Assembly: GCA_963735595.1 (NCBI GenBank)
Contig: CAVTLK010000004.1
Span: 256,001-320,000, forward strand
Direction: 5' to 3'
DNA length: 64,000 nt
DNA from: an uncultured delta proteobacterium
GTDB taxonomy: Bacteria; Desulfobacterota; Zymogenia; Zymogenales; Zymogenaceae
In this document: piece by piece, positions 43,010 to 52,603 of the stretch
Position numbering within the stretch: position 1 is the stretch's first letter
Layout: every line of letters starts with the position of its first letter
Position numbers and translations under genes: made by a program
Notes under the pieces: model-generated
Database searches by the model: none
What the model saw: only the letters and a program-made list of their open reading frames with translations
What the model was told of the DNA's origin: nothing

Positions 43010-43148
43010 AGAAGGTTGCTTCGGCCCCTAAAGGGGCCTCGCAATGACAATAGTAATCGTCGCCGGAGGCGACATCATTATGCTTTGCCACGTCGGCTAC
43101 GCCTCCTCGCAATGACAGCCGAAGTGTAGGACGGCGGCTCGCAATGAC
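43010..43148. repeat. Inverted REP-like modules closing the island
   Basis: CCTCGCAATGACAATAGTAATCGTCGCCGG; 43085-43148 mirrors 38240-38309. Confidence 0.85.
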
Positions 43149-43246
43149 TGCCAGATCGAGGGAAGGAGTAAAAAGCAAAGGGGGCGCTCCCAAGCGGGAA
43201 GGCCCCCTTTTCCGTAACCGTGCCGGATACCCGGCGTTACCCGGTA

Positions 43247-43777
43247 CTATTTCAGGTTCTTGTTGAGGTCGTCGGCCGTGATCCCCGCGGGGCTGTAGAT
43301 GCCCGCGCCGACGGTATACTTGGCGCCCGGCGCCCGGTAGATGTAGGAAAGCTTCGGCTTCACCACTTTGGTCTCCGGATTTATCCAGTCGAACTGGATC
43401 CACCAGCCGTTCGGCTTGCTTGCATCAGCCGCGATCTCGCAGAGGTGGAGGCCGACGGGCTTCCCCTCGGTGTCAACGGTCTTGATATCCTCGATCTTTT
43501 TTCCTACCATGCCCGGCGTGATGTTGCCGACGCATTCGCCCACCGCGCAGTCATAGACGAACACGTAGGTATCCTTCCAGACCCAGCGGGTGTTGTTCGG
43601 GTCGCTGAATTCGGCAACCGCCGCGTCTCCCTTTTCGAGCAGGTAGGCGGAGGCTTCCTTGCACTTGGCCACGATCTCGTCGGGCGTGACGGTTTCCGCG
43701 GCAAACGCGGGGACCGCGATTAGAGCAGTCAGCGCCACCAGAGACGCCAGTAAAACGAACAGTGAAACTTTTTTCAT
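43247..43777 (-). CDS. Exported single Cache-domain protein
   Basis: Signal peptide; WKDTYVFVYDC, GWWIQFDW, VGAGIY. Confidence 0.85.
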   Translation of the reverse strand: MKKVSLFVLLASLVALTALIAVPAFAAETVTPDEIVAKCKEASAYLLEKGDAAVAEFSDPNNTRWVWKDTYVFVYDCAVGECVGNITPGMVGKKIEDIKTVDTEGKPVGLHLCEIAADASKPNGWWIQFDWINPETKVVKPKLSYIYRAPGAKYTVGAGIYSPAGITADDLNKNLK

Positions 43778-43886
43778 GTCTGTCTCCACATGATAATGAG
43801 GTTAAAAGAGACATCCGCCGGTTGCGGATGTATATAGATGTATCTACGTCGGCCTGCGCCGTCCCGGTTACGAAACGCGGCCGCCT

Positions 43887-44411
43887 TTATTTGGCAAGCA
43901 TCTTGTTGAGCTCGTCGATGGTCAGCGTCGGCTCATAGATACCGGCGCCCACTTCCATCGACTGGCCGGGCACCTTGAGGATATAGGATATCTTGCGGCG
44001 GTATTCGGCGGCGCCGGACGCATCGACGGCGTCGGTCGGCCTCCAGTACTCTACCCAGCCGCCCGAGGGTTTTTGGGACTCCCCGCAGAGGGCGACGTTG
44101 AACTTGAAACCGTTCTTATCGGCCCGCGTGGTCAGGTCCGTGCCGACCAGCTCCTTGCTGGGGTGGCCGATGATGGTGCCCTTGCTGCAGTCAAACACGA
44201 AGACGTAGGTATCCTTCCACGACCAGGGGCCTTTCGGGTCGTTAAACTGGGGCAGCCCCGCCTCACCCTTCTCGGAAAGGAAGGCCGCCGCCTCTTTTAC
44301 CTTGGCGACCACCTCGGCGGGGGTAACGGCCTCCCCGGCCGCCGCCGGGAGCACCCAGGCCGCCGTGCATAGAAATGTAACCGCTATCAGTATCCCGAAC
44401 GTTCGCTTCAT
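43887..44411 (-). CDS. Exported single Cache-domain protein (paralog)
   Basis: Signal peptide; WKDTYVFVFDC..GHP, GWVEYW, VGAGIY. Confidence 0.87.
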   Translation of the reverse strand: MKRTFGILIAVTFLCTAAWVLPAAAGEAVTPAEVVAKVKEAAAFLSEKGEAGLPQFNDPKGPWSWKDTYVFVFDCSKGTIIGHPSKELVGTDLTTRADKNGFKFNVALCGESQKPSGGWVEYWRPTDAVDASGAAEYRRKISYILKVPGQSMEVGAGIYEPTLTIDELNKMLAK

Positions 44412-44591
44412 AGATTTTCTCCTGATATATTCGATAACTTTTCTTATTATCATCATACGCCGCCGATGTCAAGGGGAAGGCGATGGAGCGGGCGGCCGGA
44501 GCAGCCGATGAATTTCACCGAAGAAAAGTTATTGGTGTAAAACGCATTGTTTCCTGCTATAATAACTTAATTTACAACACGCGGGATTACC

Positions 44592-45515
44592 ATGGAAGTC
44601 GTTGCCCTCCTGCTATTGGCCGTCGCCCCCGGTTTTTTTATCCTGTGGTACGTCTACCACAAGGATAAATACGAGCGCGAACCCAAAGGGCTCATCGTGG
44701 CCACCTTTTTCCTCGGCGTGGCGGTCGCCGTTCCGGCCGGCATCATCGAATACCTGTTCGAATGGGGGACGGGCATCCCCATGACCGGCAACCTGCTCGG
44801 GGCCTTTATCGGCTCGTTCTTCGTCGTCGCGCCGGTCGAGGAGGTCGCCAAGTACTTCGCGGTCCGCGTCAAGGCCTACCGGGCGGACTCGTTCAACGAG
44901 GTTATGGACGGCATCGTCTATTCCGTAGCGGCGGCCCTCGGCTTTGCGACAATTGAAAATGTCTTTTACGTATTTCAATTCGGGGCGGCCACCGGGCTCT
45001 TCCGCGCGTTCCTCTCCGTGCCGCTGCACGCGATGTGCGGGGCGATCATCGGGTATTACCTGGGCATGAAAAAGGTGTATAAGGAAGATAAAAAATACTT
45101 CGTCGGCGCCGGCCTGTTGATCGCGATCCTGTTTCACGGCGCGTACGACTTCGTCCTCTTTTCCGAGACGTTCCTGGGCGTCCTGATCGTCCCGATCATG
45201 ATCTGGCTCTTTATCGTGTACAAAAAGCGGCTCTTTGTCGCCCTCAAAGATTCCCCCTTCAGGGGCGGGAGAGACGACGCGCTGTTTGCCGCCGTCAGCC
45301 GGCACCACACCCCCGCCGGGATCATCAAGCTGGTCGCCGCGGTCGTTTCCCTTACCTTCAGCGCGGTGATGGTGGCCGGGTGGGTGGCCACGGTCAACCA
45401 GGGGCAATCGTTTACGGCCCAGCAGTACGGCTATTTGATCGTACTGATCCTGGCGCCGCTTGGCGCGGGGATCGCGTTTCTCCTTTTTTCCCGAAAAGAC
45501 GTGGTGGCGCGATGA
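44592..45515 (+). CDS. PrsW-family intramembrane protease
   Basis: DKYEREP, VEEVAK, GFATIEN, LHA, HGAYD. Confidence 0.9.
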   Translation: MEVVALLLLAVAPGFFILWYVYHKDKYEREPKGLIVATFFLGVAVAVPAGIIEYLFEWGTGIPMTGNLLGAFIGSFFVVAPVEEVAKYFAVRVKAYRADSFNEVMDGIVYSVAAALGFATIENVFYVFQFGAATGLFRAFLSVPLHAMCGAIIGYYLGMKKVYKEDKKYFVGAGLLIAILFHGAYDFVLFSETFLGVLIVPIMIWLFIVYKKRLFVALKDSPFRGGRDDALFAAVSRHHTPAGIIKLVAAVVSLTFSAVMVAGWVATVNQGQSFTAQQYGYLIVLILAPLGAGIAFLLFSRKDVVAR

Positions 45516-46040
45516 CGCGGCGTTGGGCAATTTCTCTCGGTTTTCTCTGTATCCTTGCGGCCGGCTGCGTCCACGGCCGGGTTTCGGACGGCGCGTTTGT
45601 CTCCGACGACTACGGCTTTTCCGTCAGTCTGCCGGGCCCGCCCTACGAGCGGATCGCCCCGAAAGACGCCCTCGTGGCGCTTACCGACCCCGATACGGGA
45701 GTGTCGTTCGCGGTTGCGGTAAGCCCCGATCCCTACCCGGACCTGGCCGAGCAGGATAAGGTCCTTGACTACCTGGCGCGGGACCTCCTGTTCTTTCTCA
45801 CGAAAAAGGAGTACCGGGCCTTTGAGGACGCGACGCTCGGCGGGGCGCCCGCAAAATTTATTACCGTCACCGGGCTTACGGATGATACCGAGCTGATCGT
45901 CTCGGCCTACGTGGCCCGTTACGAGGGGGCGGTCTACGACATTCTTACTGTGGTGCCCGCCAGCCTATTTCGAAACGGGGCGGCCGGTGTTCCAGGAAAT
46001 GGTCGAGACGTTCAGGTTCCAGCGGGAGACGGGCCAATGA
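45512..46040 (+). CDS. Putative lipoprotein (PsbP-like); frameshift near 45945
   Basis: LAAGC lipobox; alternate frame ends WCPPAYFETGRPVFQEMVETFRFQRETGQ with ATGA overlap to mlaE. Confidence 0.6.
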
Positions 46041-46822
46041 AAGAATTCCTGGAGCTGTTGGGGCGCCGATTCATAAAGGCCGTGATCTATTTTGACGGCT
46101 CCACCCGGATGCTGGTGCGCGCGGCGGCGGTCCTCATTACGCCGCCGTTTAACGTCTCGAGCGTCGTCGAGCAGATCGAATACATCGGCATAAAGTCGAC
46201 CCTGATTGCGACCTTCACCGCGCTCTTCACGGGGCTGGTGATGGCGCTCCAGCTTGCCTTTTCGCTGCAGCGGTTCGGCGCCCAGTCGTTTGCGGCAAAC
46301 GTGCTGGCGGTCTCGCTGGTGCGCGAGCTGGGGCCGGTGCTGACGGGGCTGCTGGTCGGCGGCAGGGTCGGGGCCGGCATCACCGCCGAGGTGGGCTCCA
46401 TGAACGTCACCGAGCAGATCGACGCCGTCAGGGCGCTCGGCGCCGACCCCATCCGGGAGCTGGTGCTCCCGAAGATCCTGGCGTGCGCCATCGTGCTGCC
46501 GGTCCTGACGGTCTATTCCATCGTGGTGGGGATCCTCGCGGGGATGCTCATCACCATGACCGAACTCGGCGTAAACGCGACCTTCTACATGAACCAGGTC
46601 TACGCGGTCCTCGAGGTCAGCGACTTTGCCGGGGGCGTGGGCAAGTCGGTCTTCTTCGGCGTCATTATCGGGCTGGTTGGGTGCTACCGCGGGTTCACCA
46701 CTGTCGGGGGCACCGTGGGCGTGGGACGCGCCACGACGGAGTCGGTGGTTACGATATCGCTCTCGATCCTCGTGGCCGATTTCTTCTTAACCAAACTCTT
46801 TATCCTGCTGTTTCAGGCGTAA
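46037..46822 (+). CDS. mlaE: MlaE-family ABC permease
   Basis: RELGPVL, GRVGAGITAEVGSM..TEQIDA. Confidence 0.92.
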   Translation: MKEFLELLGRRFIKAVIYFDGSTRMLVRAAAVLITPPFNVSSVVEQIEYIGIKSTLIATFTALFTGLVMALQLAFSLQRFGAQSFAANVLAVSLVRELGPVLTGLLVGGRVGAGITAEVGSMNVTEQIDAVRALGADPIRELVLPKILACAIVLPVLTVYSIVVGILAGMLITMTELGVNATFYMNQVYAVLEVSDFAGGVGKSVFFGVIIGLVGCYRGFTTVGGTVGVGRATTESVVTISLSILVADFFLTKLFILLFQA

Positions 46823-46828
46823 TATACT

Positions 46829-47569
46829 ATGTCGTTCATCGAATTTACCGGGATCAGGAAGTCGTTCGACGAGAAGGTGGTATATACCGGGCTTGACCTT
46901 TCAATCGAAAAGGGAGAGACGATCACCATTATCGGCGGCAGCGGCTCGGGCAAGAGCGTTCTTCTCAAACTAATGGTCGGCCTGATGAAGCCGGACAAGG
47001 GATCGATCACGATAGGCGGGATCGACATCGTCCCCCTTTCCGAGCACGACCTCGTCTCGGTCCGCAAGCGTATCGGCATGCTGTTCCAGGGGGGCGCGCT
47101 GTTTGACTCAATCTCGGTCGGCGAAAACGTCGGATACGGGCTGGTAATGCACAAGGGGATGAGCGAGAAGGCGATCGGCAAGAAAGTGGCGCAGTGCCTC
47201 GATATGGTGGGGCTGCCGGGAATCGAGCAGATGATGCCCCCTGACCTCTCCGGCGGGATGAAAAAACGGGTGGCGCTGGCCAGGGCGATCGCCTACGACC
47301 CGGAGGTCATCCTCTATGACGAGCCGACGACGGGCCTGGACCCGACCAATTCAAACCGCATCAATCACCTCATCAACGAGATGAGGGAGATCCTCAAGGT
47401 CACCTCGGTCGTCGTGACCCACGATATGAGATCGGCATTTGCCGTATCGGACCGGCTCGCCATGCTCTTCAAGGGCAAGATCGAGGCGGTGGGGACGCCG
47501 AAAGAAATCGAGCGGTCCAAAAACCCGGTCGTGAGGGGGTTTATCGAGGGCAATATCGGGGAACTGTAA
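46829..47569 (+). CDS. mlaF: MlaF-family ABC ATPase
   Basis: GGSGSGKS, LSGGMKKR, YDEPTTGLDP. Confidence 0.92.
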   Translation: MSFIEFTGIRKSFDEKVVYTGLDLSIEKGETITIIGGSGSGKSVLLKLMVGLMKPDKGSITIGGIDIVPLSEHDLVSVRKRIGMLFQGGALFDSISVGENVGYGLVMHKGMSEKAIGKKVAQCLDMVGLPGIEQMMPPDLSGGMKKRVALARAIAYDPEVILYDEPTTGLDPTNSNRINHLINEMREILKVTSVVVTHDMRSAFAVSDRLAMLFKGKIEAVGTPKEIERSKNPVVRGFIEGNIGEL

Positions 47570-47727
47570 GGGGCGGGGAGGTAACGGGCGGAGCTGTAAC
47601 GATCGAAGGACGCGCCGGCGGCACGACCGGCGCGGCATGTACGAGAGGCGCACGGCCCGGCCTCGGACGAAAAACGCGCCGGGCGGCGGCTTCTCCATAC
47701 ACGAGTGAGTAACAGTAGAGGCAGATT

Positions 47728-48594
47728 ATGGCCAAGAAGACGTCGCAGGAAATCAGGGTCGGGCTTTTTATTTTCATCGGGCTTATCCTCGCCTTTGTCG
47801 CCGTGTTCGCCATCGGGAGCAAGAGCCAGCTCTTCAGGGAGCAGTATACCCTCTATACCAATTTCAAGGACGTCGGCGGGTTGATCGCCGGCTCTCCCGT
47901 GAGGCTGGCCGGCGTTGAGGTGGGCACGGTATCCCGGATATGGTTTCTGACCGAGCGGGACAAGAAGCTGGTGGGCGTGGAGATGAAAATCAATACGAGC
48001 GTCATGGAGCGGATCCATACCGACAGTACCGCGAGCATCCGTACGATGGGCGTGCTGGGCGATAAGTATATCGCGGTAACCATCGGGAGCCCCGACAAAC
48101 CGGTGCTGGCCGACGGGGATTACCTCACCGCCGTCGAGACGGCCGAGCTCTTCTCGTACCTGGAAAAGGCCGATAAGATCGTCGATGATATCGAGGAGAT
48201 TACCGATTCCCTCAACGTATTCCTGACCCCCCTCAAGGAACGGGAGTCGGGCGAAGACGTGGCGCGGATTCTCAAAAACACCGATATGATCGTCACCGAG
48301 ATCAAGGAGGGGGACGGAACGTTGCATTCCCTCGTCTACGGGGACTCCGAAGGCGGGGAAAACACGATGGAAAGCCTCGATAACTCGGCGGAGCGGCTCG
48401 GCAGCATCCTGAAAAAGATCGACAGCGGGGAGGGAACCTTCGGCGCGCTGGTGAACGACCCGACGCTCTACGAAGACCTCAAGACGCTCATGGGCGGGGC
48501 GAAACGGAGCAAGGTTATCAAGGCCGTCGTTGATCTCAGCATAAAGAAGGGGAGGAAAACGCCGCCAGACATGAAAGAAGAGAAAGAGGAGTAG
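47728..48594 (+). CDS. mlaD: MCE/MlaD-family protein
   Basis: N-terminal TM, GLIAGSPVRLAGVEVG, GVLGDKYI. Confidence 0.9.
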   Translation: MAKKTSQEIRVGLFIFIGLILAFVAVFAIGSKSQLFREQYTLYTNFKDVGGLIAGSPVRLAGVEVGTVSRIWFLTERDKKLVGVEMKINTSVMERIHTDSTASIRTMGVLGDKYIAVTIGSPDKPVLADGDYLTAVETAELFSYLEKADKIVDDIEEITDSLNVFLTPLKERESGEDVARILKNTDMIVTEIKEGDGTLHSLVYGDSEGGENTMESLDNSAERLGSILKKIDSGEGTFGALVNDPTLYEDLKTLMGGAKRSKVIKAVVDLSIKKGRKTPPDMKEEKEE

Positions 48595-48601
48595 CGGCAC
48601 C

Positions 48602-49108
48602 ATGACAGAGGCGATTCTAACGGGAAAGGCGTTTATTTTCGGGGACGATATCTCCACCGACCACATAGCCCCGGGGAGATATTTCCACCTGCGGTCAAAC
48701 CTCCCGGAGCTTGCCAGGCACGTCCTGGAAGACGCGCGGACCGATTTCGCGGGGAAGCTCTCCCCGGGCGATTTCGTGGTCGCGGGCAAAAACTTCGGCC
48801 TGGGCTCCTCGCGCGAGCACGCCCCGCGCATCATCAGGATGGCAGGGGTCGGCGCGGTCCTGGCGCAGTCGTTTGCGCGGATATTCTTCAGAAACGCGAT
48901 CAACGTGGGGCTCCCGGCGATCATCGTGGATACAACCCGTATCAAGGAGGGCGACCTGCTCGAGGTGGACCTCGCGCAGGGCGTCGTCAGGAACGTGACG
49001 CAGGCAATCGAGCTTACCTTCCCGGCCCTGCCGAACGTCATGCAGAAGATTCTCGAAGACGGGGGGCTGGTCGATCACATCAAGCGGCACGGCAGGATCG
49101 CGGTATAG
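48602..49108 (+). CDS. LeuD/HacB/DmdB-type dehydratase small subunit
   Basis: FGDDISTDHI, NFGLGSSREHA, FARIFFRNAIN. Confidence 0.9.
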   Translation: MTEAILTGKAFIFGDDISTDHIAPGRYFHLRSNLPELARHVLEDARTDFAGKLSPGDFVVAGKNFGLGSSREHAPRIIRMAGVGAVLAQSFARIFFRNAINVGLPAIIVDTTRIKEGDLLEVDLAQGVVRNVTQAIELTFPALPNVMQKILEDGGLVDHIKRHGRIAV

Positions 49109-49195
49109 CCTATAGCGGCGCGGGCGTGATGTCGGCGTGCGGGACCCCTGCCGACCGTCGGCTATTCGTTTTATTCAGGAAGGATACGATTACTC

Positions 49196-50440
49196 ATGGC
49201 GCATGACACCTATCTTACCCCCCCCGACGGCTCCACCATAACCGTCAACCCCGACAGGGGGCTCTCCGTCCCCGACGACCCCATCATCCCCTTTATCCGG
49301 GGCGACGGCACCGGCCCCGATATCTGGCACGCCACAGAGATGGTGGTGGCAGAGGCCGTGAAGCGGGCCTACGGCGGCAGGCGCGAGATCCGCTGGTTTG
49401 AGGTCGCCGCGGGAGAGGCCGCCTACAAGAAGACCGGCTCCTGGCTGCCGGACGAGACCGTTGAGGCCATCAGGAAATACGTGGTGGCAATCAAGGGGCC
49501 GCTGACCACACCGGTGGGCGGGGGCATGCGGAGCATCAACGTGGCGCTGAGGCAGCTCCTGGACCTCTATGCCTGCGTGAGGCCGGTTCGCTACATCCCG
49601 GGCGTCCCCTCACCCGTGAAACACCCCGAGCGGGTGGACATGGTGATCTTCCGCGAAAACATGGAGGACGTCTACGCGGGCATCGAGTGGAAACGGGACA
49701 GCGACGAGGCCAGGCGGATGATCGCTATCCTCAAGGACCAGTTCGGCGTCGCTATCGCCCCCGATTCGGGCATCGGCATAAAGCCGATGAGCGAGACCGG
49801 GACCAAAAGGCTGGTGCGCCGCGCGGTCAGGTACGCCGTGGACACCGGGCGGGACTCGGTGACGCTCGTGCACAAGGGTAACATCATGAAGTTCACGGAG
49901 GGGGCGTTCCGTGACTGGGGCTACGAGGTAGCCCGCAACGAGTTTTCGGACCTGACCGTTACCGAATCCGACCTTAACGGCCCGAACGCCAAGGGCACAA
50001 AGGGCCGGGTCGTCATCAAGGACCGTATCGCCGATGCGATGTTCCAGCAGGTGCTTCTCAGGCCCGAGGAATATTCGGTCATCGCCACTCCCAACCTCAA
50101 CGGCGACTACCTCTCGGACGCGCTTGCCGCGCAGATCGGCGGGCTGGGCATGGCGCCGGGGGCCAACATCGGGGACCACGCGGCGCTGTTCGAGGCGACC
50201 CACGGCACGGCGCCCAAGTACGCCGGCCAGGATAAGGTCAACCCCGGCTCGCTGATACTCTCGGCCTCGCTGATGCTGGAGCACATGGGGTGGAAAGAGG
50301 CGGCCGAGATGATCTATTACTCGCTGGAGGCGACGGTGGCAAAAAAGACCGTTACCTACGACCTGGCGCGCCAGATGGACGGGGCCGTGGAGGTCTCGTG
50401 CTCCGGCTTCGCGAAGTCGATGATCGAATCGATGGGGTGA
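49196..50440 (+). CDS. icd: Isocitrate dehydrogenase (NADP, E. coli type)
   Basis: [37 protein letters not shown]. Confidence 0.97.
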   Translation: MAHDTYLTPPDGSTITVNPDRGLSVPDDPIIPFIRGDGTGPDIWHATEMVVAEAVKRAYGGRREIRWFEVAAGEAAYKKTGSWLPDETVEAIRKYVVAIKGPLTTPVGGGMRSINVALRQLLDLYACVRPVRYIPGVPSPVKHPERVDMVIFRENMEDVYAGIEWKRDSDEARRMIAILKDQFGVAIAPDSGIGIKPMSETGTKRLVRRAVRYAVDTGRDSVTLVHKGNIMKFTEGAFRDWGYEVARNEFSDLTVTESDLNGPNAKGTKGRVVIKDRIADAMFQQVLLRPEEYSVIATPNLNGDYLSDALAAQIGGLGMAPGANIGDHAALFEATHGTAPKYAGQDKVNPGSLILSASLMLEHMGWKEAAEMIYYSLEATVAKKTVTYDLARQMDGAVEVSCSGFAKSMIESMG

Positions 50441-50469
50441 TACAAAATAGTGGGGCGGGGTGGAATATC

Positions 50470-50725
50470 CACCGTCATTACGAGTAAGCGAAGCGACCGA
50501 AGCAATCCCCTTACTATACGGTGACAATTGGGTTGCCGCGCCCCTTCGGGGCTCGCAATGACAATAACAATCGTCGCCGGTGGCGATAGGGTTTAGCTTT
50601 GCCGCGTCGGCCTCACGGCCTCCTCTATAGTGACGGTAGGGTTGGGTGCCACTGACAAGCTTCGCTTGTCAGTGCGCCTTAAAGACGGGCCGCATGAATG
50701 CGGTCCCTACGGGTGTTAAGGACGT
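50470..50725. repeat. REP-like cluster between icd and mdh
   Basis: GTCATTACGAG, CTCGCAATGAC, CACTGACAAGCTTCGCTTGTCAGTG and a GTAG-type unit. Confidence 0.85.
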
Positions 50726-50810
50726 TCCGCGTCTATCATACATAGACGTATTATAACGTGCCGTGCAGAGTATACTCTATAGCGTCGGCTTTGTTCGAGG
50801 ATTGACTGAC

Positions 50811-51752
50811 ATGCCACAACGCAAGAAGATCGCTATCATCGGGGCCGGAAACGTGGGCAGCTCCTGTGCGCTGTTTGCCGCCCAGAAAAATCTCGGGGAT
50901 ATCACGCTGATCGACATCGTCACCGGGATGCCCGAGGGCAAGGCCCTGGACATCATGGAGGCGACGCCCGTCGGTGGGTTTGACGCGCGCGTTTGCGGCA
51001 CGAACGACATGGGGGCGCTTTCCGGGGCGGACGTCGTGATCGTGACGGCGGGGCTGGCCCGCAAGCCCGGGATGAGCCGGGGGGACCTCGCGAAGGTCAA
51101 TACGGGGATCGTGAAGGGGGCCGCCGAGAAGATCCGATCTCTTTCGCCGGAGGCCTTCGTCATCGTCGTGACAAATCCGCTGGATACCATGACCTGGGTG
51201 ATAAAACAGGTCACCGGTTTTCCGCGCGGGCAAATCGTGGGGATGGCCGGCGCGCTCGACGCCGCGCGGTTTTCGGCCTTTATCGCAGACGCCCTGGGCG
51301 TCTCGGTCTCCGACGTGTCCGCGATGGTGCTGGGCGGCCACGGCGATACGATGGTGCCGCTGGTCCGGTGCGCGTCGGTCGCCGGCATCCCGGTCACCGA
51401 GCTTCTCTCCGCCGAAACAATCGAAGGGCTGGTGACGCGGACGCGGCACGCCGGGGGCGAGATCGTCAAGCTCCTCGGTACGGGCAGCGCCTATATCTCG
51501 CCGGCGGCGTCCGCCGTGATGATGGCCGAAAGCTACCTGTTTGACCGGGGGCGGGTGACCGGGGCGTCGGCATACCTCGAGGGCGAATACGGCTTTTCGG
51601 GTATCTGCCTGGGGGTCCCCGTGAAGATAACGGGAAAGGGTGTAGAGCAGATCATCGAGATCGGGCTTTCCGCCGACGAAACGCGGATGCTCGCCGAATC
51701 CGCCGCCGCGGTCGCCAAAGAGATAGACGAGATCAGGGGGGAGATCGGGTGA
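50811..51752 (+). CDS. mdh: Malate dehydrogenase (LDH-like)
   Basis: GAGNVG, ARKPGMSR, LGGHGD. Confidence 0.94.
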   Translation: MPQRKKIAIIGAGNVGSSCALFAAQKNLGDITLIDIVTGMPEGKALDIMEATPVGGFDARVCGTNDMGALSGADVVIVTAGLARKPGMSRGDLAKVNTGIVKGAAEKIRSLSPEAFVIVVTNPLDTMTWVIKQVTGFPRGQIVGMAGALDAARFSAFIADALGVSVSDVSAMVLGGHGDTMVPLVRCASVAGIPVTELLSAETIEGLVTRTRHAGGEIVKLLGTGSAYISPAASAVMMAESYLFDRGRVTGASAYLEGEYGFSGICLGVPVKITGKGVEQIIEIGLSADETRMLAESAAAVAKEIDEIRGEIG

Positions 51753-52588
51753 GGCAAATTCCCGCGTCCCTCATCGCCGAGCGGGTCAGGCAGCTGGTCG
51801 TCAAGGCAAATATCGAGCTCGGCGCCGACGTCACGGCCGCGCTCGAGGGGGCGCTTGGGCGCGAGGAGTCCGAGGCGGGCAGGCTGGTGATCGAGGAAAT
51901 CCTCGAAAACCGCAAGACCGCGGCGCGCGAACGGATGCCGCTGTGCCAGGATACCGGGACGGCAATATTCTTTGCCGATATCGGGTCCGAGGCCCTCGTC
52001 GGGGGGGGAGACCTTGAATCGGCAATCACCGAGGGGATGCGGCGGGGTTACCGGGACGGGCTGTTCAGGACGTCCATGGCCGACCCCCTGACCCGCGTGA
52101 ACACGGGGGACAACGCGCCGGCCGTCATCCATATCCGGCATGTCCCCGGGGATACATTGACCATAACGTTTCTTGCCAAGGGGGGCGGGGCGGAGAACGC
52201 CTCCCGCCTGTTGATGCTTGGGCCGTCGGAACGGGAAGACGCCGTCGCGGCGCGGGTCGCGTCCGTCGTGGACGAGGCCGGGGCCCGTGCCTGCCCGCCG
52301 CTGATCGTGGGGGTGGGGCTGGGGGGGACGTTTGACACCGCGCCGATCATGGCGCGCCGGGCGCTGCTGCGGCCGGTCGGCGCGCCGCACCCGGAGCCGC
52401 GGATCGCCGAGCTCGAGGCGCGGATGCTCGGGGCCGTCAACGACCTGGGCATCGGGCCGATGGGCCTGGGGGGGAGCGTCACTGCGCTCGCGGTCCATGT
52501 CGAGATCGCCCCGTGCCACATCGCCAGCCTGCCGCTTGCCGTCAACCTCCAGTGCCACAGCGCGCGGCACGGGGAGATAGTGCTGTAG
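51749..52588 (+). CDS. Fe-S fumarate hydratase/tartrate dehydratase alpha subunit
   Basis: PLCQDTG, KGGGAEN, ACPP, QCH. Confidence 0.92.
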   Translation: MRQIPASLIAERVRQLVVKANIELGADVTAALEGALGREESEAGRLVIEEILENRKTAARERMPLCQDTGTAIFFADIGSEALVGGGDLESAITEGMRRGYRDGLFRTSMADPLTRVNTGDNAPAVIHIRHVPGDTLTITFLAKGGGAENASRLLMLGPSEREDAVAARVASVVDEAGARACPPLIVGVGLGGTFDTAPIMARRALLRPVGAPHPEPRIAELEARMLGAVNDLGIGPMGLGGSVTALAVHVEIAPCHIASLPLAVNLQCHSARHGEIVL

Positions 52589-52603
52589 AAAACCGCGAAG
52601 ACC

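Noticed and set aside
45380..46822. Novel lipoprotein-MlaE fusion (480-aa ORF)
   Set aside because: A 1-bp shift near 45945 gives a plausible C-terminus ending in an ATGA overlap with mlaE; likely an indel artefact
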